This document shows, piece after piece, positions 47,099-57,381 of a DNA stretch of 64,000 nt; the first letter of the stretch is position 1; the number at the start of each line of letters is the position of its first letter. A model generated the notes under the pieces. That model did not search any database. It worked only from the letters and a program-made list of their open reading frames with translations, and had not been told where the DNA came from. The translations under genes were made by a program, and so were the position numbers. Origin of the DNA: an uncultured Candidatus Saccharibacteria bacterium (GTDB taxonomy: Bacteria; Patescibacteriota; Minisyncoccia; Minisyncoccales; 2-12-FULL-40-12); NCBI GenBank assembly GCA_964518135.1, contig CAZFEY010000001.1, positions 2,856-66,855 of the forward strand, in the 5' to 3' direction.

Positions 47099-49012
47099 CT
47101 AAAGAGTTTTTATTATCGCCTTTTCTATAAACGCTCTCCATATTGGCCCGGCAACAATAATGCCTGGCTCTTTTAGCATTGGAGTGTTGTCATTGTTTCC
47201 AACCCAAACACCGGCGACTATAGAAGGTGTGTAGCCGATTATCCACCCGTCTTTATAGTCTTGAGTTGTTCCTGTTTTTGCCGCGACCTGGTAATTTTCA
47301 AAATACATTGGGGATCTCCACCCAAAAACAGGCGCTCTAGCATTGTTATCTGATAAGATCGATGTAATAAGTCGTGTTATTTTTGAATCCAAAACTCTTT
47401 TTGGAGTGTTAATATTCTCTTCTATTGTATTATCATCTGAATCTAGTATTTTTATCACTGCCATTGGTGGCAACCTGAGGCCATCAGTAGAGAATACTCC
47501 ATAAACCGAGACCATATCTAAAAGCTTCACACTTCCACCCCCTAATACAAGTGGTAGCCCGTAAAATGTTGATGGTTCGGTAAGACTTGTTATGCCAAGT
47601 CTTTGGGCCATTTGGATGCTGTATTCTAGGCCTGCCAAATTCGCTAAAACCTTAACTGAAGGAATATTAAGCGATTGTGCTAGGGCTTGTCTTAAAGTTA
47701 CTGGCCCACGAAAAAAACCGTCATAATTTTGTGGCGTATATGGATTAGACAATGTGCCAAAATTTGTGAACTCATCAACTACAACCGTTTCGTCGTTATA
47801 TCCTTTTTCAAATGCAGCGGCGTAAACTATCGGCTTAAAAGATGATCCCGGTTGACGAACACGGATAGACACATTAGGATGTGGTTCAAAAAAACAGTTC
47901 TTTCCAGGAGAGCATCCTTTCGGCAATGACTCACCAAAGTAATCAACAGACCCAACCATCGCCATTATCTCTCCGGTCTTAGGATCTATCGCGACCAAAC
48001 TAGCATTAAAAGCTCGATAATAGCTTCTATTAGCTATAATTCCTTCTTTAACAGCCTGCTCAGCCGCTTTCTGTAGGTCCCAATCCAGGGAGGTATATAC
48101 TTTTAGCCCTTTTTCTTGTAAAAATTGTTCCCCATATTTATTCTCAAGATATTCTTTAACATACATCACAAAATGTGGCGCTTGAATAAGTTGCGATGGT
48201 TTTGCAAAAGCTATTTCAGTGTTTTTGGCTTTTTGCCATTCTTCCTCTAGGATAAATTGCGCTGTCTTCATCCGATCCAAGATACTGTCTTTTCTTTGCA
48301 ATAATTCTTCCTTGTGTTCGCCATAGGGAGATAGAAAGCTGGGAGCCTTAATAATGGCGGCCAAAACCGCTGCCTCTTCGAGAGACGCCTCGGATACCGG
48401 TTTTTTAAAATAAGTTAACGATGCCGCTTGGACTCCGTAAGTATTTGATCCAAATGGTACCTGGTTGAGATAGAATTCCAATATTTCTTCTTTTGAGTAT
48501 TGTCTTTCTAGCTCTATGGTTAGTATCAGCTCTCTTATTTTTCTTCCGATTGTTTTCTCTCTAGTTAACAAAGAAGAGCGAATAAGTTGTTGAGATATAG
48601 TTGATGCTCCTTGGGTTGGGCTCAATAGCCTCAAATTTGTTAAAATCGCCCTCGTAACGCCTTTAAAATCCACACCAGCATGTTTGTAAAAATTAATATC
48701 TTCAGCCGCGAGTACTGCCTTAATAACATTTTCGGGAACTCTGTCTATCGGGATGATTTCTCTTTTTTCTTCTCCATACATTTCATATAATAATACCTCT
48801 CCTGTTTTGTCGTAAATTTTCGTAGATTCGGTAAATGGTCTTTCGGTGAATTTTTCAGGTCTGGGCAAGTCTTTTGCATAATACACAAACAAAGACAAAA
48901 CAATTAAAGCAAAAAACAAAAAACAAAGCCCCACAAGGCCCAAAACCGATAAAAAGAGACCTAACTTGGTACTCTTTTTAAATATTTGACGATGAAACCT
49001 CCTTCTTGGCAT
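47099..49012 (-). CDS. Class A penicillin-binding protein (PBP1A family)
   Basis: AEDINFYKH.G.D, GASTISQQL, RQPGSSFKP, SLN, KTGT. Confidence 0.95.
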   Translation of the reverse strand: MPRRRFHRQIFKKSTKLGLFLSVLGLVGLCFLFFALIVLSLFVYYAKDLPRPEKFTERPFTESTKIYDKTGEVLLYEMYGEEKREIIPIDRVPENVIKAVLAAEDINFYKHAGVDFKGVTRAILTNLRLLSPTQGASTISQQLIRSSLLTREKTIGRKIRELILTIELERQYSKEEILEFYLNQVPFGSNTYGVQAASLTYFKKPVSEASLEEAAVLAAIIKAPSFLSPYGEHKEELLQRKDSILDRMKTAQFILEEEWQKAKNTEIAFAKPSQLIQAPHFVMYVKEYLENKYGEQFLQEKGLKVYTSLDWDLQKAAEQAVKEGIIANRSYYRAFNASLVAIDPKTGEIMAMVGSVDYFGESLPKGCSPGKNCFFEPHPNVSIRVRQPGSSFKPIVYAAAFEKGYNDETVVVDEFTNFGTLSNPYTPQNYDGFFRGPVTLRQALAQSLNIPSVKVLANLAGLEYSIQMAQRLGITSLTEPSTFYGLPLVLGGGSVKLLDMVSVYGVFSTDGLRLPPMAVIKILDSDDNTIEENINTPKRVLDSKITRLITSILSDNNARAPVFGWRSPMYFENYQVAAKTGTTQDYKDGWIIGYTPSIVAGVWVGNNDNTPMLKEPGIIVAGPIWRAFIEKAIIKTL

Positions 49013-49076
49013 TATAAAAATAATACTAGATTAAAAGCCGATTTGCAACCAAGCTCTTGTTTGTTATGATTAAAAA

Positions 49077-50285
49077 ATGAATAGTTCCAAAGACCGAAAA
49101 ATTAAAAATATTTTAACAAGGGGCGTGGAAAAGATCTACCCTAATAGCGCTGCTCTAGAGGCGGTTTTGAGATCTAGTAAGAAAATCCGGCTTTACAATG
49201 GAATTGACCCGACTGGTCATTTGCACTTAGGCCACTTATCTGTTTTGAAAAAATTACGCCAATTTCAGGATTTAGGTCATGAGGTTATTGTTTTGATAGG
49301 TGATTTCACCGCGACAATTGGTGATCCTACCGATAAATATGCGGCCAGAAAGCCTCTAACTAGGAAACAAGCACTGGAAAATGCCAAAAATTATAAAATC
49401 CAAATTGGTAAAGTCCTAGATTTTAAAAAACCCAACGTCAGATTTTTGCATAATGCAAAATGGATTAATAAATTAAAACCAAACGATTTGCTTAAAATAT
49501 TTTCCCAGTTTACTGTGGCTCGGCTCTTGGAAAGAGATATGTTTCAAAAGAGAATAAGTGAGGGCAGAGATATTTTATTGCATGAATTTGTGTATCCGGT
49601 TTTTCAGGCTTATGACGGCTTGGTTATGAGCGTGGATTTAGAGATTGGCGGTAACGACCAAACCTTTAATATGCTTCGCGGCAGAGATTTAATGAAAAAA
49701 ATCAAAAACAAGGAAAAATTTATAATGGCCTTAAAATTACTAACCGATTCTACTGGCAAAAAAATGGGCAAAACCGATGGTAACTTTGTGTCTTTGTCTG
49801 AAGGCCCAGAAGAGATATTTGGTAAAATTATGGCTTGGCCAGATTCTTTATTGGCAAGCGGCCTTGAGCTTTTAACAGATATTTTTCAAGAAGAGATAGA
49901 AAAAATCCTAACCAACCCTAAAAAAGCAAAGGTTTTATTGGCAAAAGAGATTGTCCGAATTTGTCATAGCGACAAAGAGGCAAATTTGGCCGAAAAAGAG
50001 TTTAAAAGGGTTTTTGAAGACAAGCAGGTTCCTTTCAAAGTGCCAGAAGTTAGAATTGCCCAAAATACACTTTCAATCCTAGATTTATTGGTAAAAATCA
50101 AACTAGCCTCATCAAAATCAGAAGCGAAGAGATTGATTTTACAAGGAGGGGTAAAAATAGACGGAGTTTTACAAAAAGACTGGAAAGAAATAATTGAAAC
50201 AAAAAAAGCCGCCGGAGGCGAGTCTCGTAATAAGCGGGGACAAATTGTCCAAGTTGGCAAGAGAAAGTTTGCAAAAATAATTTAA
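49077..50285 (+). CDS. tyrS: Tyrosine--tRNA ligase
   Basis: GIDPTG.LHLGH, GGNDQ.FN, KMGKT, S4 domain. Confidence 0.97.
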   Translation: MNSSKDRKIKNILTRGVEKIYPNSAALEAVLRSSKKIRLYNGIDPTGHLHLGHLSVLKKLRQFQDLGHEVIVLIGDFTATIGDPTDKYAARKPLTRKQALENAKNYKIQIGKVLDFKKPNVRFLHNAKWINKLKPNDLLKIFSQFTVARLLERDMFQKRISEGRDILLHEFVYPVFQAYDGLVMSVDLEIGGNDQTFNMLRGRDLMKKIKNKEKFIMALKLLTDSTGKKMGKTDGNFVSLSEGPEEIFGKIMAWPDSLLASGLELLTDIFQEEIEKILTNPKKAKVLLAKEIVRICHSDKEANLAEKEFKRVFEDKQVPFKVPEVRIAQNTLSILDLLVKIKLASSKSEAKRLILQGGVKIDGVLQKDWKEIIETKKAAGGESRNKRGQIVQVGKRKFAKII

Positions 50286-50767
50286 GCTTCTTTTATTGCA
50301 TAAGTTAGAGCTACGGCTAAGGCGTCGGCAACGTCATCTGTTCGAAGCTGTTCTTTTCTGGGATTGAGCAGTTTTTTTATTTTTTTTTGGATTTCTTTCT
50401 TTTCAGCCCTTCCGAATCCAGTCATGGTCATTTTGACTTGTAGAGGTGTGAAGCTGAAAACAGGAATTTTATTTTTAGCCGCTGTTAATAATATTACGCC
50501 ACTTGCTTGGCTTACCGGTATAGCGGTTTTTAAGTTTTTGAAAAAATAAATATTTTCTATGGCCATAACGTTTGGTTTGTGTCTTTTAATCAGTCTGCTA
50601 AGGTCGTTATTTATTTTTTTTAATCTGTCTGGTCTCTCTAATTTTGGGGTGGTTGTAATAAGCCCACACTCTAAACATTTAAAAGGCAATTTATTGTTGC
50701 CTTTATTGTGCTTTACTACGCCATATCCGATACTTGCTAGTCCCGGATCGATTCCCAGAATAATCAT
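50282..50767 (-). CDS. ruvC: Holliday junction resolvase
   Basis: ILGIDPG...GYGV, AIE, TP.QVK...TG.G.A.K, DD.ADALAVA. Confidence 0.96.
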   Translation of the reverse strand: MIILGIDPGLASIGYGVVKHNKGNNKLPFKCLECGLITTTPKLERPDRLKKINNDLSRLIKRHKPNVMAIENIYFFKNLKTAIPVSQASGVILLTAAKNKIPVFSFTPLQVKMTMTGFGRAEKKEIQKKIKKLLNPRKEQLRTDDVADALAVALTYAIKEA

Positions 50768-50769
50768 AA

Positions 50770-51504
50770 TTAATTTTTAAGATTGGAGTACACCTCTTGG
50801 ACCGAATCTAGTTCATCTAAACCTTCAAAAAGCTTTTGGCAAGCGTTTTTCTTTTCTGGGTCTATGTCGATTTCTTCTTTAGCTACCCAATCGAGAGACA
50901 TGGAATTTGTTTTTATTCCTTGGCTTTCGAGTTTATTCTTTACCTGGTTTAACTCCTCGGGATTTGTATATACATAAAACTCATCATCGTTCTGCTTAAA
51001 ATCTTGAGCCCCAGATTCTATCGCTGCTATTTCCAACTTTTCTTTATCTTGAAAATCTTTTTCTTGTTCTTCGACGCTTAAAACAATACAACCTTTCTTT
51101 TCAAACATCCACCTTACAGCGCCCTCGCTTGCTAATTTGGAATTATTCTGGTTAATAACCTGTTTAATCTCTCCCAATGACCGGTTTTTGTTATCGGTTA
51201 TACCTTCAATAATGACAGCAATCCCCCCTGGCCCGAAAAGTTCAAAAGTCATCGCTTCTAGTTGTTCTCCAGCCAACTCTCCCGTGCCTTTCTTGATTGC
51301 CCTTTCGATATTGTCTTTGGGCATATTACATTCCTTAGCTTTTTCAATAGCCAGTCTCAATCCCGCATTAGTTATGGGGTCTCCCCCTCTTTCTTTTGCT
51401 GCGATAGATATGGCCTTGGAGAGTTTAGAAAAAATCTTGCCGCGCTTATTGTCGGCAATCTCTTTTTTGTATTTAATTGTTTTAAAATGCGAATGACCAG
51501 ACAT
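50770..51504 (-). CDS. yebC: YebC/PmpR family protein
   Basis: MSGHS, NMPKDNIERAIKK, GPGG.A, TDNKNR. Confidence 0.95.
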   Translation of the reverse strand: MSGHSHFKTIKYKKEIADNKRGKIFSKLSKAISIAAKERGGDPITNAGLRLAIEKAKECNMPKDNIERAIKKGTGELAGEQLEAMTFELFGPGGIAVIIEGITDNKNRSLGEIKQVINQNNSKLASEGAVRWMFEKKGCIVLSVEEQEKDFQDKEKLEIAAIESGAQDFKQNDDEFYVYTNPEELNQVKNKLESQGIKTNSMSLDWVAKEEIDIDPEKKNACQKLFEGLDELDSVQEVYSNLKN

Positions 51505-51556
51505 GTTGCAGGCTTATTCTATTGCAATTACAAGAATAAAACAAGCATTATTTAAT

Positions 51557-52744
51557 TCAAGAATCCTTTTGAGGCGCGGATCTGCTTAAGATTAGTATTA
51601 TAATGCTGGAGATAATCGCTATAATTAGGGCGATAATTGCAGTAGAGAATATACCCCCATTGTTGAAAAACAGAGAACCAACAGTTGCGAGACTAGCTTG
51701 GTTATTGTCCGTATTTCTTACCGTCGATTTTTCGTTCGTGTCGTTTTTTACCACGCTGTCGGTATTAGTTTTTCCAGGGGTTAAATCTTGGCTCCACGCC
51801 CAATCATCGCTAAAACGATTGAACGATTTTCCCTTGGGAGCCGATAAATACTCAACTTTATCAACGGCTGTGCTATTGGGAGAAAACAAAATTAACCCAT
51901 CAGAATCGTTGTTAAGAGTAATTTTTGTTTGTGATTTTGGTAATAACAGAAATTCTTGGGCTGGGATAATGGCTCCTGTTGGTATTTTGTATTTGATAAT
52001 TTTGCCCTCTATGTCTTGGATCAGCCAGCCAGACACATTTGCGTCAAAAACATTTTGATTAAAAAGTTCAATCCATTCTTCCTGTTGAGTAGACGAATCG
52101 GGGGCCGGTAAAAATTCGTTGATTATAATACCGTTTTCTGTATTACTTCCCGCCACCACTTCGTTATCGAGATTAATACTTAATTCTGTTTTGATTTGTA
52201 AGTTCTCGATCACGCCGCTGCTGTTTTGTATTTTTGGCGTGCCCCCAGGGCTTTGGCTGGTTTGCCAATTAACGCCATCGGAACCTGCCATAAGCGGGCT
52301 TTTTCGCTCCATTGTTTGTTTTGTAGAATTGTCTCCCATAAGCCACTCGCCAGAGCCATTGATCTCATCAACAATTGCCTCCGAAGCGTCCTGTAATTGC
52401 AGATACTCGCCATTATTACTTAAGGATCCGGTATATATTTGGTCCGCGACAATACCAATAACGGAATTGTCATCTGTTCTTTCGAGCAAGAAGTATCCGT
52501 TTGCCGGGATAACTCCAGAAAGCTTGATGAGCGGGGTTTTGTCTGTTGATTTTAATATCCAACCCGTAATATCAATATTGGAGGAGGTATTATTATAAAG
52601 CTCTATCCATTCGTCATTTGCCGATGTGGTTGTGCCCATCCATGCTATTTCATTGATAACAACGCTTGTAGTGGCAAGAATTGGCATTGGCAACACAACA
52701 AGACACATTGCCCCAAAAAATAATTTTACATACTTTGCATTCAT
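51557..52744 (-). CDS. Double lamin-tail-domain surface protein with C-terminal TM
   Basis: V.INEI.W...EWIELYN twice; TPG motifs; start taken at MNAKYVK. Confidence 0.85.
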   Translation of the reverse strand: MNAKYVKLFFGAMCLVVLPMPILATTSVVINEIAWMGTTTSANDEWIELYNNTSSNIDITGWILKSTDKTPLIKLSGVIPANGYFLLERTDDNSVIGIVADQIYTGSLSNNGEYLQLQDASEAIVDEINGSGEWLMGDNSTKQTMERKSPLMAGSDGVNWQTSQSPGGTPKIQNSSGVIENLQIKTELSINLDNEVVAGSNTENGIIINEFLPAPDSSTQQEEWIELFNQNVFDANVSGWLIQDIEGKIIKYKIPTGAIIPAQEFLLLPKSQTKITLNNDSDGLILFSPNSTAVDKVEYLSAPKGKSFNRFSDDWAWSQDLTPGKTNTDSVVKNDTNEKSTVRNTDNNQASLATVGSLFFNNGGIFSTAIIALIIAIISSIIILILSRSAPQKDS

Positions 52745-52871
52745 TTTTGCGTATTGTATCAGAAAGGGTTGGGTTGGGCGAGAATCTGGTTTAACCACTC
52801 TCCCTTGTTTTTATCTTGAAAATAGAATAGCATTGAAAGATATTGGGTTTAGAAACTGGAAAAATGATGTT

Positions 52872-53039
52872 ATGGGAAATAAAAAACTACCAAAAAGCGT
52901 AAAGATATATATCAGAAAAGAAAAAGCGCGTATCCGCCGTGAAATTTTTGATACACAAAAACAAAAAGAGTTGATAAAAAAGATTTATCAGGACTTGCAA
53001 TCAGTAGGGTCCGCAAAAGGACACAGTATCTCTAATTAG
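52872..53039 (+). CDS. Small basic hypothetical protein
   Basis: MGNKKLPKSVKIYIRKEKARIRRE; ATG at 52872. Confidence 0.55.
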   Translation: MGNKKLPKSVKIYIRKEKARIRREIFDTQKQKELIKKIYQDLQSVGSAKGHSISN

Positions 53040-53159
53040 AGGTTCGAATCCGTTTAGTTACCTCTTCAGTGAATTTAGGGCAAGGTCTGACAATGCTTGT
53101 CAAAATCTAAGATATCAAATAATCGCCTTCTGGGCGGTTTTTTGGTAAATTAGAATAAT

Positions 53160-54065
53160 ATGCCATTTATTACTCAAGGTAAAACTAACTGGAAATTTAT
53201 TTTAGTCGTAGTTGCGTTGGCTTTGGTTGCCGCTGGTGGGATTCTAGTTCATCAGAATCAATGGTCTCGAGAAAAATACGTGAACATATCCAACGTTACT
53301 ACGAATTGCGCTAACGAAGGTGAGCGGGTCAGGGTTGATGGACAAGGTTTTCCTGCAATTTGCTGTTTGAATTTAAAGCCTATGTACGGTTCTGACAGAG
53401 AGGACTGTGCCTTACCAGATATGCCTGGCGATATCGGGGTTTGTAGTAATTGCGGTGATGGCGTTTGCGAACCACAGAATAATGAAAATAAATGTAATTG
53501 CTCGCAGGATTGTTCAGGCATCGAAACAATTAATTGGAAAACTTATAAAAACGAAGAATTTGAATTTGAGTTTAATTATCCAAATGATTGGATGAAAACA
53601 GGAGAGCCTTGCGATTGGCGGCCGTTTTGTCTCTATGTCATTGCTTATAACAAATTACCAGACGAGAGCGAAGAAGGTATTTGTCTTGGAGGAATCGATA
53701 TATGTTACAAGAAAGGATTTGATAGTTATAAAAATGCTTTTTCAGAGAGCCGCCTACCACCTAATTATTCCAAAGACAGTTTAATGAAATTCATTAATAT
53801 TGACGGAAAGAATGCAGGCCAATTAATCAGTTACGATGTTCACGGAGGCGATTATGTAATTGAAACACTACTTTTTACTGACGATGTTCGTATTCAGCTT
53901 TCACTTGTGTTACCCGTTGAACCATATAAGCCTCTTCCTGATAACCTTGAGAAGAACCAGGACAGAGAGAAAGATTTGAACAGAGGCATATTTCCCGACG
54001 AAGAAACAAAGGAAATGGTGTTAATATATAATCAGATGTTAAAGAGTTTTCGATTCTTACCTTAG
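53160..54065 (+). CDS. Membrane-anchored Cys-rich secreted protein
   Basis: MPFITQGKTNWKF plus TM; CGDGVCE..EN..NC.QDC; WKTY.N..F.F.F.YP..W. Confidence 0.75.
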   Translation: MPFITQGKTNWKFILVVVALALVAAGGILVHQNQWSREKYVNISNVTTNCANEGERVRVDGQGFPAICCLNLKPMYGSDREDCALPDMPGDIGVCSNCGDGVCEPQNNENKCNCSQDCSGIETINWKTYKNEEFEFEFNYPNDWMKTGEPCDWRPFCLYVIAYNKLPDESEEGICLGGIDICYKKGFDSYKNAFSESRLPPNYSKDSLMKFINIDGKNAGQLISYDVHGGDYVIETLLFTDDVRIQLSLVLPVEPYKPLPDNLEKNQDREKDLNRGIFPDEETKEMVLIYNQMLKSFRFLP

Positions 54066-54172
54066 AAACAGGTTCTAATATTATCCGATATCCGCAGTAT
54101 GTTGAAATTAATTAAAATAATTGGTCGCTCTTGTCGAGCAACCAATTGTTTATGTGTTGTTTTTCCAGTCTA

Positions 54173-54496
54173 TCATTTTCTGGTTTGGTTTGGCCTGTAG
54201 CCTTCTTTTTTCCATCCCATCATTTCTTCGAACATGGGATCTTTTTCAGTGGCTGAAGGTTTTTTGGCCGGAGATTGGCCTGGTGGTTGTTTAGGCTTAT
54301 TTTCGCCTTTTTTGAAATTCTCGCTGACAGAAAGTCTTGCGCCGTAATCCGATGGCAAATCGGATGTTGGAGTGGTGGTTGGCGGTTTGGGTACCGCATC
54401 TTTCTTGTGCGGATCGTGCATAGATGGTCCTCTATTGGCTATTTTTGCCACAACAATAATAGCTACTATTATTGCGCCTATGATTAACCATGTCAT
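54173..54496 (-). CDS. Hypothetical membrane-anchored Pro-rich protein
   Basis: N-terminal TM; SD AAAGGAG; own promoter and terminator. Confidence 0.6.
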   Translation of the reverse strand: MTWLIIGAIIVAIIVVAKIANRGPSMHDPHKKDAVPKPPTTTPTSDLPSDYGARLSVSENFKKGENKPKQPPGQSPAKKPSATEKDPMFEEMMGWKKEGYRPNQTRK

Positions 54497-54617
54497 AGCG
54501 GGTCTCCTTTTTTTTGCGTACTTTGGACTATGGTGAGCTGATTTTATTTATACCTTAGAGAGATTTTTTGTCAATTAAAGGGTTTGACAAGGTACTAGAT
54601 TTTGATAAATTTAGATT

Positions 54618-54746
54618 GAGGGGGGTGCGGCATTGATTGCCTAAGGGCGCGGAATTTAATAAAGGAGGATAGAAAAGACGCGTCGCCAGCGATGCCCAAG
54701 CTGACAAGCTTATTCTAGTCGATTTTATTAAGTCCGATCTCCCCTT
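54618..54746 (+). ncRNA. Candidate structured ncRNA (unassigned)
   Basis: Follows TTGACA (54584) and TG-n-TAAATT; cggaatttaataaa/tttattaagtccg, tagaaaag/cttattcta and gggg/cccc pairings. Confidence 0.4.
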
Positions 54747-54887
54747 ACCAAAGAAGAGATTTTTCGCTAGTTGGAAGAGGTTAAAAGACCTCTTTTTTGG
54801 TTGGCGAGAATGTATTATAATAAAATAAAGGTCGCACTTTTATTTTCTAGCACTGGGAGAAAGCATTTATTTGTATTTTTTACCTTT

Positions 54888-55157
54888 ATGGACAAAGAGA
54901 ATCTTCCAAAAGAAAAGGACTTGATCGGGAAAATAACGCACTATTTTGACCATATAGGGGTAGCGGTTATTGAACTTTCAAACCCTCTTAATGTTGGAGA
55001 TAACGTAAGAGTGGTTGGTGGCGAGACCGACTTTACCCAACAAATAGAATCCATAGAGCATGACCATAAAAAGATTGATAAGGCCATGCCTGGCGATTCT
55101 ATCGGTATTGCGATCGGTCAGAAGGTTAGAGATGGGTATAGAGTTTACAGGGTATAA
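54888..55157 (+). CDS. Small translation-factor-like beta-barrel protein (EF-Tu domain 2/U32 C-terminal-like)
   Basis: IGKITHYFD.IGVAVIEL...L.VGD...TDF.Q...S......A..GD.IG. Confidence 0.75.
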   Translation: MDKENLPKEKDLIGKITHYFDHIGVAVIELSNPLNVGDNVRVVGGETDFTQQIESIEHDHKKIDKAMPGDSIGIAIGQKVRDGYRVYRV

Positions 55158-55197
55158 AGATTTTAAATTCTAATAAATTTTAACTTCCCCATTTTTT

Positions 55198-55656
55198 ATG
55201 GAGCTTTTAAATAATTTTTCAATAGAGATTTTGTGGCAACTATTCTTCGCTGCGGCGTTAGGCGCCTTGATTGGAACAGAGAGAGAATACAAAAGAAAGG
55301 GTGCTGGGTTGCAAACTTATAGCCTGGTTGCTTTGGGATCTTGTCTTTTTACTGTCGTTTTTGTAACTATGTCTTCTTCCGTAGATTCAACAGGAAGTTC
55401 TACTGCGTATGAATCAGCTCGCTTGATTCAAGCCATTGCTACTGGTATTGGTTTTATAGGGGCGGGAGGGATTTTTAGGCAGGCGTCTGGCCCAATAGGG
55501 TTAACTACAGCTACTGGACTGTGGGTTGTGGCTGCGATTGGGGTTGCGGCGGGGTTTCAACTTTACTTTTTGGCAATAATAGTAGCTATTTTAACCATCG
55601 CTATTTTGTTGGGGCTTGGAAGAATAGAAGAAAAATTTTTTAAATCAAGAGAATAA
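55198..55656 (+). CDS. MgtC/SapB family protein
   Basis: LG..IG.ERE...AGL.T, GIGFIGAG.I, GLTTA..LW..AAIG. Confidence 0.92.
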   Translation: MELLNNFSIEILWQLFFAAALGALIGTEREYKRKGAGLQTYSLVALGSCLFTVVFVTMSSSVDSTGSSTAYESARLIQAIATGIGFIGAGGIFRQASGPIGLTTATGLWVVAAIGVAAGFQLYFLAIIVAILTIAILLGLGRIEEKFFKSRE

Positions 55657-55660
55657 ATTT

Positions 55661-56017
55661 GTGCAAGGTCAAAAGATAATTGGTTTGATTCTATTAATAC
55701 TTGGCATGGCAATTATAGTTTATATTCTTTGGTATTCGTTTAATATTTTTACCGCAAAGATATCGCCTCCAGAGATTTTTAAGACCACAACAGAAAGTAA
55801 TGATAATATTCCTGCGCCCTCTTTAAATTTACAAGGACTAGGAATTGATTTAGAAAAATTAGCAGGAGAACAAATCCAAAAACAGATAGAATCTGTTATG
55901 CCAATGAACGCCGTCCCAAGACTGCTCAACTTGATAAGTTGGTCCATTCTTGCCGGGATTTTCATTTTGGGTGGAAGCCAGATTGCCAACATGGGCATAA
56001 ATTTGATTAAGAAATAG
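55661..56017 (+). CDS. Hypothetical two-TM protein
   Basis: Two hydrophobic segments; operon position. Confidence 0.65.
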   Translation: MQGQKIIGLILLILGMAIIVYILWYSFNIFTAKISPPEIFKTTTESNDNIPAPSLNLQGLGIDLEKLAGEQIQKQIESVMPMNAVPRLLNLISWSILAGIFILGGSQIANMGINLIKK

Positions 56018-56032
56018 GTTGTTGGAAAATAT

Positions 56033-57283
56033 ATGCAATTTGTTGCGGATCTTCATATTCATAGTAAATATTCAAGGGCAACGAGTAGAAGTTTAGACTT
56101 AGAAAATTTAGATAAGTGGGCACGCATTAAGGGTATCAAGGTGTTGGCCACGGGCGACTTTACCCATCCGGAATGGTTCAAGGTCCTTAAGGATAAATTA
56201 CGGCCATCGGCTCCGGGTCTTTACTGTTTGAAAACACAACCAGGGGATTCTGGTACTTTTTTTATCTTGAGTGTTGAGATCAGTTGCATCTATTCAAAAG
56301 GCGGCAAGGTAAGAAAGATTCACATTGTAGTATTGGCTCCATCTCTTGAGATTTGCGAGAAAATAAATGCCCGTTTGGGATTTATCGGGAATTTAAAAGC
56401 AGATGGTCGGCCGATTTTGGGGCTTGATGCCAAGGAATTAGTGAAAATAGTTCTAGGCGTTTCTCCAGAGTGCCTAGTGATACCGGCGCACGCTTGGACT
56501 CCTTGGTTTTCCATTTTTGGTTCTCGCTCCGGGTTCGATACTATCGAAGAGTGTTTCGAAGAATATTCTAAATATATCTATGCGATCGAGACTGGGCTAT
56601 CAAGCGATCCGGCAATGAACTGGCGGCTCTCGGCCCTAGACAAAATAACTCTAATCAGTTGTTCAGATGCTCACTCTCCGGCAAAAATAGGCAGAGAGGC
56701 AACAGTTTTTAATTCTGAAATTAGTTATAGCGCAATAATAGAAGCTATTAAAACAAAAGATTTAAACCGCCTTTTGTATACTATCGAATTTTTCCCAGAA
56801 GAAGGAAAATATCATTATGATGGCCATCGTCTTTGCGATGTAAGTTTTCATCCAGGTGAAACAAAAAAATATAATAATATTTGTCCAAAATGCAAAAAGC
56901 TTTTAACAATAGGGGTGCTAAGTAGGGTTAATGAATTGGCCGACAGGAAAGAAGGATTTAAGCCGGAGAATACAGTCCCTTTTAAAAGCCTGATTCCACT
57001 AGAGGAAGTTATTGCTAGTTCTTTTGGCGTAACTGTTGCCTCGAAAAGAGTTCAGAATGAGTATGAAAATCTAATTAAAAAAATTGGCAGCGAATTCAAA
57101 ATTTTACTGTCAGCCTCGGTAGAAGATTTGAATTCTGTTACTTTCCCCGAGGTTTCAGAAGGTATTTTAAAGGTAAGAGATGGAAAAGTTGATATTATTC
57201 CGGGGTATGATGGTGTTTTTGGAAGAATTAATATTCCAAGATCTGCAGGAGAAGCCTTGCTTGATCAAAAAAGCTTATTCTAG
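56033..57283 (+). CDS. Endonuclease Q family (PHP domain) protein
   Basis: ADLHIHSKYSRATS, TGDFTHP, PAHAWTP, ETGLSSD, SDAHS, GKYH.DGHR.C...CPKC. Confidence 0.88.
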   Translation: MQFVADLHIHSKYSRATSRSLDLENLDKWARIKGIKVLATGDFTHPEWFKVLKDKLRPSAPGLYCLKTQPGDSGTFFILSVEISCIYSKGGKVRKIHIVVLAPSLEICEKINARLGFIGNLKADGRPILGLDAKELVKIVLGVSPECLVIPAHAWTPWFSIFGSRSGFDTIEECFEEYSKYIYAIETGLSSDPAMNWRLSALDKITLISCSDAHSPAKIGREATVFNSEISYSAIIEAIKTKDLNRLLYTIEFFPEEGKYHYDGHRLCDVSFHPGETKKYNNICPKCKKLLTIGVLSRVNELADRKEGFKPENTVPFKSLIPLEEVIASSFGVTVASKRVQNEYENLIKKIGSEFKILLSASVEDLNSVTFPEVSEGILKVRDGKVDIIPGYDGVFGRINIPRSAGEALLDQKSLF

Positions 57284-57304
57284 TTGAAGAGATTTGAATA
57301 GGGG

Positions 57305-57381
57305 TTGACAAGTTTAATACAGGGAGTATTATGAAAATAGGAAACTATAGTATTGACATGCGAATCGCTAGACACTACAAT
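57305..57381 (+). promoter_or_regulatory. Tandem sigma70 promoters upstream of greA
   Basis: TTGACA(57305)-N16-TATTAT and TTGACA(57353)-N17-TACAAT. Confidence 0.65.

Noticed and set aside
53038-53052. tRNA suggested by GGTTCGAATCC
   Set aside because: No acceptor or anticodon arms can be folded around it.
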